A DNA stretch of 11,872 bases from Promethearchaeota archaeon (GCA_016840085.1 JAEOTA010000039.1:1-11872); one strand, 5' to 3'; positions 1-6,966 are shown, numbered from the stretch's first letter. Notes: generated by a model not told the origin, from the sequence alone. Program-made: numbers and translations.

Positions 1-252
1 AAAGATAAAAGCATAATTAATATAGAAAATTATAATTGTCAAATTAAATATAATAATAAGTTTGCAGTTTTATCCAGTTATATTCCATTAGAAGAAATTT
101 TTGAAGAAGAACCCTATGCTCCTAAAATAATAAAGATAAAGGACCAAAAAATAATTATATTGAAACATCATCCAGATATAGAAAAACTCCTAAAAGATAA
201 TAATCAAAAATTTGAAATTTATAACCATTCTTCATATCGAAAAGAAATTTAA
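1..252 (+). CDS. 3' end of a hypothetical protein (partial, runs off the left edge)
   Basis: Frame +1 is open from base 1 to TAA at 250-252: KDKSIINIENYNCQIKYNNKFAVLSSYIPLEEIFEEEPYAPKIIKIKDQKIIILKHHPDIEKLLKDNNQKFEIYNHSSYRKEI*. An 83-codon stop-free run is unlikely by chance in DNA this AT-rich. Not in the ORF track. Confidence 0.75.
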   Translation, partial: KDKSIINIENYNCQIKYNNKFAVLSSYIPLEEIFEEEPYAPKIIKIKDQKIIILKHHPDIEKLLKDNNQKFEIYNHSSYRKEI

Positions 253-425
253 TCTTTTTTTTCTTGATATTCCTCTGAGATTTCTTCGAAATGAATATTA
301 TAGATTTTATTAGGATCAAGAACTTTATGTTTAATTAAGGCACGTGGAATATATACGATAGTATCTGGTCCCATCGAAGCTAATTTTACATGTTCTAAAG
401 TAAAGATGTTCTTCTCAATATTCAT
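249..425 (-). CDS. Small AbrB/MazE/SpoVT-like (swapped-hairpin) DNA-binding protein, 58 aa
   Basis: Manual translation: MNIEKNIFTLEHVKLASMGPDTIVYIPRALIKHKVLDPNKIYNIHFEEISEEYQEKKD*. The pattern K-L-x-x-x-G-x-x-x-x-V-Y-I-P-x-x-L...L-x-P-x-x-x-Y-x-I-x-F resembles the AbrB fold signature. Its stop overlaps the stop of the convergent gene (TTAA at 249-252). Confidence 0.7.
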   Translation of the reverse strand: MNIEKNIFTLEHVKLASMGPDTIVYIPRALIKHKVLDPNKIYNIHFEEISEEYQEKKD

Positions 426-623
426 ATTTTATCACATTAAATTTCATATTAAATATTTTTTATTATATTTTTTTAAAAAATGAGTAAAGAATTTTTTTGA
501 CTTATCCTGAATTTTATTAAAAATAAAGATTTTTATTTTTTTAAGTTATATATAATTTGTTTAAAATAACCTTAACGTTTCTTTCTTTAATAAATATTCA
601 ATTTTAAGGGTTAACAAGGAATA

Positions 624-2351
624 ATGGAGCAATTGACCAAATCATTACACAAATACAATAAAGAATTAAAGATATTAAAACAAAAGTTCGCAGAGGATAC
701 GGAAGTAGAAAAATTGGAAATTTATAATAATGATCTATTTAGAATAATAAATGGAATTATTGAATGCATATCATTACCAGCAAATAAAACAATAGAAAAT
801 AGTGAAATAAAATATTTAAAAAACCAGAAAAAAGAGTTAGAAGAAGAGATTAAAGAAAAGAATAAAAAGTTAAAAGAATCCGAAGAAAAATTTCAACTTA
901 TAACTGAAAATGTTAATGATGTAATATCTGTCTTCGATAAGAATTTAAATCTCATATACATAAACGAGGTACAGCAAAAGATATCAGGCTTTTCTAGAGA
1001 GGAAGTAATGGGTAAAAAACCAATGGAATTTATGTATCCAGATGATATCCCGAGAAGTATTAAATTATTTCAAGAAGCTTTAAAGAATAGTGAGGGTTTT
1101 GGAGAATTCAGATTGAGATGTAAAGATGGATCTTATGTTTGGATGGAAGCTAATGTTAAAATTATAAAAGATAAGAAGGGAGAAACTAAAGCGGTGCTAA
1201 TCTCTAGAGACATTAATGAACGAAAATTAATGGAAGAGAAATTAATACAAGCTGAAAGAAAATATCGCCATTTATTTGAGAATTCACCATTTTCTATAAC
1301 TTTGCTTGATCGAAAAGGAAATGTTATTGACTGTAATCCGGCAGTTGAAAGATTAATCAAGTATAGGAAAGAGGAACTTATTAATAAAAATTTTAGAGAT
1401 CTTTCTATAATTCATCCAAAATATTCGCCAATTTTGGAAAAACGATTTAAAAGAGCCATAAATGGGGAAATTTTGCCTTCGATCGATATACAAATATATA
1501 AAAAAGATGGAAATTTAATCTGGATAAATTATATAACTTCTTTAATTACTATAGGAGATACAAACTTAATGCAAATTATTTTTTATGACATAACAGAACG
1601 TAGAAATGCTGCAAAAATCATTTTGGAAGAACTTAAAAAATTAAAAGAATTGGAACAAATTAGAAAAGATCTTATTACGCGAGTATCTCATGAACTAAAG
1701 ACACCACTTGTATCTGTGTGGGGCGCAACCGAACTTTTATTAAGCAATTATAATGATAAATTTGGAAAGGAAGAATTAGAATTAATAGAAACAATTGAAA
1801 GAGGAGGTAAAAGGTTAAGATCTTTAGTTAATAATTTAATTGATATATCTCGTGTAAAACATAAAAAACTTAAATTGAAAAAGCAACCTTACAATTTAAC
1901 CGAGATTATTAAAGACTGTGTGAAAGATTTTAATTTCTTAATCAAGAAACGAAAGATTATTTTAAATCTAAAGCTTCCTGAAATCTTATATTTAAATATT
2001 GATAGAATACGAATCGAACAACTAATTGCGAATTTATTATCAAATGCTATAAAAAATACACCACCTAATGGAAAGATACATGTAATTCTTCAAGAGATTG
2101 AAGGGTGGGCAAAAATCTCTGTATATGACACAGGTATAGGATTAACTAAAGATGAAATGGAAAAAATATTTACCAGATTCGGCAAAATAGAGAGATATGG
2201 GCAAGGATTTGATTATTTAGATATTGAGGGGGTAGGGCTCGGCCTATATATCTCAAAAGAGATGGTTAATTTACATGGCGGGCAGATTTGGGTAGAATCT
2301 TCAGGAAGGCATAACGGGAGCACATTCATAGTTAAGTTACCAATTGAATAA
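624..2351 (+). CDS. Cytoplasmic PAS-domain sensor histidine kinase (coiled coil - PAS/PAC - PAS/PAC - HisKA - HATPase_c)
   Basis: H-box SHELKTPL, N-box NLLSNAIKNT, G1 DTGIGL, F-box IFTRF and G2 GVGLGL are all present. Two PAS/PAC repeats (RCKDGSYVWMEAN...RDINERK and KKDGNLIWINY...YDITERR). No transmembrane segment. Confidence 0.96.
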   Translation: MEQLTKSLHKYNKELKILKQKFAEDTEVEKLEIYNNDLFRIINGIIECISLPANKTIENSEIKYLKNQKKELEEEIKEKNKKLKESEEKFQLITENVNDVISVFDKNLNLIYINEVQQKISGFSREEVMGKKPMEFMYPDDIPRSIKLFQEALKNSEGFGEFRLRCKDGSYVWMEANVKIIKDKKGETKAVLISRDINERKLMEEKLIQAERKYRHLFENSPFSITLLDRKGNVIDCNPAVERLIKYRKEELINKNFRDLSIIHPKYSPILEKRFKRAINGEILPSIDIQIYKKDGNLIWINYITSLITIGDTNLMQIIFYDITERRNAAKIILEELKKLKELEQIRKDLITRVSHELKTPLVSVWGATELLLSNYNDKFGKEELELIETIERGGKRLRSLVNNLIDISRVKHKKLKLKKQPYNLTEIIKDCVKDFNFLIKKRKIILNLKLPEILYLNIDRIRIEQLIANLLSNAIKNTPPNGKIHVILQEIEGWAKISVYDTGIGLTKDEMEKIFTRFGKIERYGQGFDYLDIEGVGLGLYISKEMVNLHGGQIWVESSGRHNGSTFIVKLPIE

Positions 2352-2453
2352 ATAAAATAAATCAAAAGATCCTTATACAAAGAATAATTATTAAAAATTT
2401 TCCTATTTCTGAACTATCGATAGTATTTACAAGAATTTCTTCTGCTTTTTCTT

Positions 2454-2747
2454 TTATTTTTTGATTGTTTTTTGGAGAACAAAATTTGTCAACTCAATTT
2501 GAAAAGGTTCTTTTTGACAATGTGATAATCTTTTTTCGATATCTTTACGATATTCTTTATTAATTTCATATCCTAACCATTTAATTCCTAATTTAGTACA
2601 TACTTCTGCTGTTGTGCCTGTTTCCATAAAAGGATCAATTACGGTGGATGGTTTTAATTGTGAGATCAGATCGTACCAAAAAGCTTCATTTAAAGGACAT
2701 GGATGAAGATATTCAATATTATTGTAATCCTTTACAATAAATACGTT
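2454..2747 (-). pseudogene. C-terminal remnant of a beta-class N4/N6 DNA methyltransferase
   Basis: Open stretch with no start codon upstream of the motifs: NVFIVKDYNNIEYLHPCPLNEAFWYDLISQLKPSTVIDPFMETGTTAEVCTKLGIKWLGYEINKEYRKDIEKRLSHCQKEPFQIELTNFVLQKTIKK*. It contains an HPxP element, a degenerate motif I (DPFMETGTT instead of DPFxGxGTT) and GYEIN. An in-frame TAA lies upstream at 2748-2750, and there is no catalytic DPPY/SPPY motif. Confidence 0.85.
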
Positions 2748-2825
2748 TTAATTTACATATTTTATGAGAATATCATTTAAATGAAGAATTTGAATTTTTA
2801 TATATAAAAAAAAATTATAATTAAA

Positions 2826-3263
2826 ATGTCAAATATACCACTCCTAATATTTAACTTTGTAGAATTTAATATTGTTATTTTAATCATTGAGATGATAATA
2901 GTAAAATATTTAGCAGAGAGAAAAGGATGGGATAGTTCATATGAAAAAGCTTATGTTTTTGTATCAATTTGGAGCATAATTTATTTTGCCTTACTTTTAC
3001 TTGTTCTTGAAATACCTCTTTATATATTCGATATTCATATGGTTGACATTAATATAATTGATCATCATATTATAATAGCCAATGTGATAATTTTAATAAT
3101 AGATGTTGTTTTGGCAACATTCCTTATCAAGATCATTTATAAGAAGGAATTTGGAGTGTCGTTTATATTCGTATTATTTATAGTAATTTTTAAAAATATT
3201 ATCATTTTTGGTTTGGGCTTACTTTTCTTTCCTATTACTTCCTTCATTCAATCCTATCCCTAA
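2826..3263 (+). CDS. Hypothetical integral membrane protein (about 4 TM helices), 145 aa
   Basis: ORF track entry with four hydrophobic stretches separated by short charged loops (AERKGWDSSYEKA, IYKKEFG). TATA-like TTTATATATA lies just upstream (about 2797-2806). Confidence 0.8.
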   Translation: MSNIPLLIFNFVEFNIVILIIEMIIVKYLAERKGWDSSYEKAYVFVSIWSIIYFALLLLVLEIPLYIFDIHMVDINIIDHHIIIANVIILIIDVVLATFLIKIIYKKEFGVSFIFVLFIVIFKNIIIFGLGLLFFPITSFIQSYP

Positions 3264-3375
3264 ATGAATTTTTCTTAAAACTTGGTTATCGTTAAAGACT
3301 TAGTAAAATTAACTAAAGAAATTATGATCAAGACATATCTTACATTTCGATTAATATGTAACTAATTTATTTTTC

Positions 3376-3549
3376 CTAAAATTCCTTAAATTTCTCTTTT
3401 TTTACCTTTTTCTTATCACTAATTTTTTCTATAGGTTTAAAAGTGTTACGACTTCGAGTAAACTTTAATTGAACAGATTTTTTATCTGATCTTCATGTGT
3501 CCTTAAATTTTTTAAGAAAATCCTCTAATTTATTATTATCTTCTGACAT
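3376..3549 (-). pseudogene. Small Lys-rich ORF interrupted by an in-frame TGA
   Basis: MSEDNNKLEDFLKKFKDT*RSDKKSVQLKFTRSRNTFKPIEKISDKKKVKKEKFKEF*, with the TGA at 3493-3495. The ATG lies 14 nt after the stop of the co-oriented Cys-rich gene. Confidence 0.4.
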
Positions 3550-3563
3550 TTTTGTAGTAAGGA

Positions 3564-3731
3564 TTAAAAAAGAACCCGTGATTTCAATCTTTTTACTCTT
3601 TCTTTATAGTCAGGACACTCTTTGCATTCTGGAATTTTGCATAAGAAGTAATGTTTTGGTAAGGGGCATACATGGTCAAATGAACATGCAATTAACTTTC
3701 TTGCTATATCAAAACTTGATTCAATACCCAT
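3564..3731 (-). CDS. Small Cys-rich, probably metal (Zn or Fe-S) binding protein, 55 aa
   Basis: MGIESSFDIARKLIACSFDHVCPLPKHYFLCKIPECKECPDYKERVKRLKSRVLF, with pattern C-x5-C-x8-C-x4-C-x2-C plus two His. The ATG at 3731 is preferred over the track's start at 3773. Confidence 0.7.
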   Translation of the reverse strand: MGIESSFDIARKLIACSFDHVCPLPKHYFLCKIPECKECPDYKERVKRLKSRVLF

Positions 3732-4069
3732 GATTTTATCTTTTTTATAGGAATTTTTCAAATTGGAAAGCAAGTATCTCCATTAAAGTATTAAATTAAT
3801 TTTCTTCTTTTCATTTTTTAATTTTAATTTAATTTTTATAAAGATAATCTTTTGGTAATATTATAACATCACCGACATAATTTAATTTTTATTATTTTCC
3901 TAAATTCTTTTATGAGGAGAAGGGAAAAGATTTACTTTTAAATGTTTATTTTTATAATAAAGTGAAATTATTTAAATAATAATTTGATTTTACTAATTTT
4001 GTTGATCTAAATTCTTACCTAAAGAGAAGAGAAAAGAAATATGAGCAATTATAAAAAAATCAGGGAGAG

Positions 4070-4091
4070 ATTAAACTCGCTAGAGTTTAAT
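4070..4091. promoter_or_regulatory. Perfect inverted repeat (possible operator or hairpin)
   Basis: ATTAAACTC-GCTA-GAGTTTAAT: 9-bp arms with a 4-nt spacer, in a long intergenic region between divergent genes. Confidence 0.45.
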
Positions 4092-4172
4092 AGGGGGCGA
4101 AATCCAATGTTTAGCTCAAATTATCTTTGAATAAATTTCCCTTCCCTATTTTTATAGCCCCATTCAAATATT

Positions 4173-4194
4173 TAAGTCTTTACTTTGATGTCCA
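4173..4194. repeat. Diverged copy of the dispersed direct repeat
   Basis: TAAGTCTTTACTTTGATGTCCA matches the 4273 copy at 18/22 and sits exactly 100 bp upstream of it. Confidence 0.55.
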
Positions 4195-4272
4195 AAATGA
4201 TCAATTTTACCTAATTTTTGTAAAAAAAGGAAAAAAAAAGAGAATCAAATGTCATTAATCCGACAAAAATCC

Positions 4273-4296
4273 TAAATCTTTACTTTTACTTCCAAT
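4273..4296. repeat. Direct repeat, left copy (similarity extends to about 4345)
   Basis: TAAATCTTTACTTTTACTTCCAAT is 22/24 identical to 5007-5030, with an exact 16-bp core TTTACTTTTACTTCCA. Confidence 0.85.
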
Positions 4297-4346
4297 GCCT
4301 TTCTCCATCCCTTAATTATCTAAAAGAGTAGCTGTTTTTGAATATT

Positions 4347-4361
4347 CAAAACATTTATATA
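4347..4361 (+). promoter_or_regulatory. Putative archaeal BRE/TATA promoter of the secreted-protein gene
   Basis: CAAAACA-TTTATATA lies upstream of a GGTGG RBS-like sequence (4427-4431) and the ATG at 4437. Confidence 0.45.
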
Positions 4362-4436
4362 ATTAAATTAATAAAAGAAATTTGCATTTTTATTCAAAAT
4401 TGTATAATATTTAAAAAAAAAATCAAGGTGGAAAAA

Positions 4437-4943
4437 ATGAAGCAAAAAGTAAAATATATCTTAATAACCTCGGCTCTTGTGTTGGCTACATTTTGCTTTT
4501 TATCACCAAGAACAATAGCTGGATACCCAGATCGATGGGTAGTGGCATCGAGTCATAAAATAACATTAGGATACCCTCATTCAGGTACAATTAGAGATAC
4601 ATATTATAATGATGGGGAATATCTTGTAGGAAAATGTTTGTGGTTATGGACTGCTAATAGTTTTAAAATCAAGTTTGATTTTTCTAATGATCATTATAAG
4701 CGAGTAAGGGTAGATGCAACCACAGATCCATTAGGTTATGATGGACTTTTCTGTGTAGATGCTGTCTATACAACAGGAAAAGTTCGCCTAGGATGTTTTA
4801 GTCCAGGATATACTGGATATTTCACCACAGATTCATCTAAAGTCCTAGATAAAGTAATTGTTGAATATTCTCAGACTGGTGTATGGGGTCAACGCAAGGT
4901 TTACATTGACGAGATAAGGGCATTATGGACTGACTTTCCATGA
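4437..4943 (+). CDS. Secreted beta-rich (jelly-roll/carbohydrate-binding-module-like) protein, 168 aa
   Basis: Start moved from the track's 4338 to ATG 4437, which is preceded by AAGGTGG. It then begins with a classical signal peptide, MKQKVKYILITSALVLATFCFLSPRTIA. The mature part is rich in Gly/Tyr/Trp/Thr, and its last strand VYIDEIR resembles the YIDxI terminal strand of CBM-like beta-sandwiches. The fold is inferred. Confidence 0.8.
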   Translation: MKQKVKYILITSALVLATFCFLSPRTIAGYPDRWVVASSHKITLGYPHSGTIRDTYYNDGEYLVGKCLWLWTANSFKIKFDFSNDHYKRVRVDATTDPLGYDGLFCVDAVYTTGKVRLGCFSPGYTGYFTTDSSKVLDKVIVEYSQTGVWGQRKVYIDEIRALWTDFP

Positions 4944-5006
4944 ATTATTTCTAAATTTAATCTTTAATTTTCTTTTTTTTTATTTTAAGATTTTATATCC
5001 CGTTTT

Positions 5007-5030
5007 TAAATGTTTACTTTTACTTCCAGT
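5007..5030. repeat. Direct repeat, right copy (similarity extends to about 5072)
   Basis: TAAATGTTTACTTTTACTTCCAGT, 734 bp downstream of the left copy. Confidence 0.85.
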
Positions 5031-5160
5031 CATCCTTTTTTTATTTCACGAAGAAAGCTTTGTTCTTGCATAATGGAAGAACCTCTTCCCACTTTAACTC
5101 TTAAAATTCTTAATTGTTTGACTTCTTGTCTTATACCGCTTTCTTGATCATTTTTAAATA

Positions 5161-5667
5161 ATGATTTTTTCTTGTCTTATTTTTATTCTTTTTCTTAACT
5201 ATTTTTTACACACTTTTATTTATAGAATAAATTACTCTAAATGTCAAAGTCATCATCAACAAATCTTATATTCTATTTTACAGTTATTTTGGCCAGCGAT
5301 TATTCGAACAGAAAAGTGGTTTTATGATAAGACAAATAAGGAGCGGTATCGTGTAGATATCTATATAAAAGTTAATGATTTTAATCTAGTTATCGAGTTA
5401 AATGGGAGACACCACCTCTTAAAAAGTGATAGAAATATAAGAGATCAAAACAAATCAATGTTTTTGATGGAAAACAATATCATTGTCATTAATTGGACAA
5501 ATGAATGGGTGGAGACTCATTGGTGGAAAATTCCCATTTATATTTCAAATGTCATTGAAGATAAAATGTCTGATAATAAAGAATTCATTTATAATTTAAT
5601 AAAAACAGGAAATTCTCAAGAGCTCTATAATCTTCGAGACTTTATCAGTAGTTGGATAAAGCAATGA
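5161..5667 (+). CDS. DUF559 / Vsr-like PD-(D/E)xK endonuclease domain protein
   Basis: Motif YRVDIY...LVIELNGRHH...RDQNKSMFLMENNIIVINWTNE matches the DUF559 pattern Y.vDF...lvIElDG..H...rD..r...L...G..v.r..n. The start codon is uncertain. Confidence 0.8.
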   Translation: MIFSCLIFILFLNYFLHTFIYRINYSKCQSHHQQILYSILQLFWPAIIRTEKWFYDKTNKERYRVDIYIKVNDFNLVIELNGRHHLLKSDRNIRDQNKSMFLMENNIIVINWTNEWVETHWWKIPIYISNVIEDKMSDNKEFIYNLIKTGNSQELYNLRDFISSWIKQ

Positions 5668-5714
5668 ATATTAATAGAGAAATATACACTCTGGATGATA
5701 TCCTAAGAATATAG

Positions 5715-5978
5715 ATGAATATCCACATTCTTACTTTATTTTTTTCAATCTTTTTCTTAAGCTTTATTCTGAAATTTGTCGGAGTCTCTGAACTTATTAC
5801 TAAAAGCCTCATGTTACTTCACGTGGAAAAGCCAAAATCGTTTTTTGATTGGGAATTATCATTTCGAAGGAAATCTTCTCAAAAGGAGGAACCATCAAAA
5901 ATTAAGAATTCCTTAGGAATAAGTGTAAAAGAATTCAAGAAGTTCTTAAAAAGATGGAAAAAAGATAATTTACAATAA
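5715..5978 (+). CDS. Hypothetical small protein with an N-terminal hydrophobic segment and a basic C-terminus
   Basis: ORF track entry, 87 aa, followed by a pyrimidine/T tract (5980-6002). The hydrophobic N-terminus could be a T-rich artefact. Confidence 0.4.
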   Translation: MNIHILTLFFSIFFLSFILKFVGVSELITKSLMLLHVEKPKSFFDWELSFRRKSSQKEEPSKIKNSLGISVKEFKKFLKRWKKDNLQ

Positions 5979-5979
5979 A

Positions 5980-6030
5980 TTCCTCTCTCTCTTTTTTCTT
6001 TTAAATCCAATAAATATGGATTTTTTATTT
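5980..6030 (+). terminator. Pyrimidine tract plus hairpin with T run
   Basis: TCCTCTCTCTCTTTTTTCTTTT is followed by AAATCCA-ATAAATA-TGGATTT (6003-6023) and then TTTATTT. Confidence 0.4.
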
Positions 6031-6210
6031 TAAATAAAATTTTTATAGCAATATTACCAAATTGATTTAAAAGAAATCATCAATTTTCTTGTACTTAGAG
6101 GGTTCAAAGATTTCCTTTTTCAAGCTGTGTAATAACTTATTTTTAGTTCTACCATTGAGATTATTATCAGTATCGTACGGCATAAGAATGTATTTATTAG
6201 GCCATTTTTC

Positions 6211-6966
6211 ATGAAATTATTACCTACAACGATATCATATACAAACGAACCAGAATTAAAGGAGATATATTCATATACACCAAATATAGATGTGGAAACA
6301 GAAGAAGCATTAAAAAAAAATATTATAATAGATGAAGGGGGATTTGAAAAAATATGGGATGATATAATGGCATTGATGGATTCATATAACTCAAAAATCA
6401 ATTCCAAGTTATATAATAAAGAAGCAATGATAAAACAAGAATTAGATAATAAATATGATATAAAATATAAAAGTATAATAGATGAAAACCCTGAATTATT
6501 TGATGTAGATTGGGAGGAGTTTAAAAATACTGAAAAGATTAGTCAATTCAATAAAGCAGTGAAATTACGACAAAGATGGCTATCATTACAAACAACACTA
6601 AAATATATAAAACATAAAAAAGCACTAAAAGATTATAACGGTTCAGTTAAAGAACCCAGAAAACCAGTAGATATCAAAAGGATTAAGTTGGCTAAATTCT
6701 ATGATAAACGAAGGAAAACACATGATAAAAAAATACGTAATTATGAGTTAATTATAGAAAATGACCTAAAAGAAAAAGAAGAATATAAAATTGCCCAAGA
6801 GATAGCAGACAATTTACAAGAATACACTGAAACTGTATCTATTGATATTGATGATGTTATAGAAAAACTTAAAACTTTAAAAGAAGAAATAGAACAAGCT
6901 TTTGAAAGATGGTATATAGAACTAAACGAATTTTTAGAAATTGGTGATGATAATGACTTCCAATAA
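6211..6966 (+). CDS. Hypothetical charged alpha-helical/coiled-coil protein, 251 aa
   Basis: Long K/E-rich ORF with heptad-like C-terminus (IDDVIEKLKTLKEEIEQAFERW). No motif that I recognise. Confidence 0.8.
   Translation: MKLLPTTISYTNEPELKEIYSYTPNIDVETEEALKKNIIIDEGGFEKIWDDIMALMDSYNSKINSKLYNKEAMIKQELDNKYDIKYKSIIDENPELFDVDWEEFKNTEKISQFNKAVKLRQRWLSLQTTLKYIKHKKALKDYNGSVKEPRKPVDIKRIKLAKFYDKRRKTHDKKIRNYELIIENDLKEKEEYKIAQEIADNLQEYTETVSIDIDDVIEKLKTLKEEIEQAFERWYIELNEFLEIGDDNDFQ

Noticed and set aside
1133-1360. 75-aa minus-strand ORF from the track
   Set aside because: Entirely antisense to the well-supported histidine kinase; shadow ORF.
3497-3733. 78-aa plus-strand ORF from the track
   Set aside because: Antisense to the Cys-rich gene, which has the more protein-like motif.
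4338-4436. Track's N-terminal extension of the secreted protein
   Set aside because: It covers the TATA-like box and A tracts. ATG 4437 has an RBS and gives a clean signal peptide.
3900-5072. CRISPR array or integron attC interpretation of the repeats
   Set aside because: Copies are diverged and irregularly spaced (100 and 734 bp), with no cas or integrase gene and no recognisable attC inverted-repeat boxes.
4259-5783. TCCGACAAA / TTTGTCGGA as terminal inverted repeats of a transposon
   Set aside because: Only 9 bp match, with no target-site duplication or transposase seen.
5890-5978. HicA-like C-terminus (LGISVKEFKKFL)
   Set aside because: The HicA GSH catalytic motif is absent in the frames I read and there is no HicB partner.
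6096-6118. GAGGGTTCAAAG resembling a tRNA T-loop or att site
   Set aside because: No complementary T-stem, acceptor stem or rest of a cloverleaf.
6120-6407. 95-aa minus-strand ORF from the track
   Set aside because: Shadow of the 251-aa plus-strand gene.
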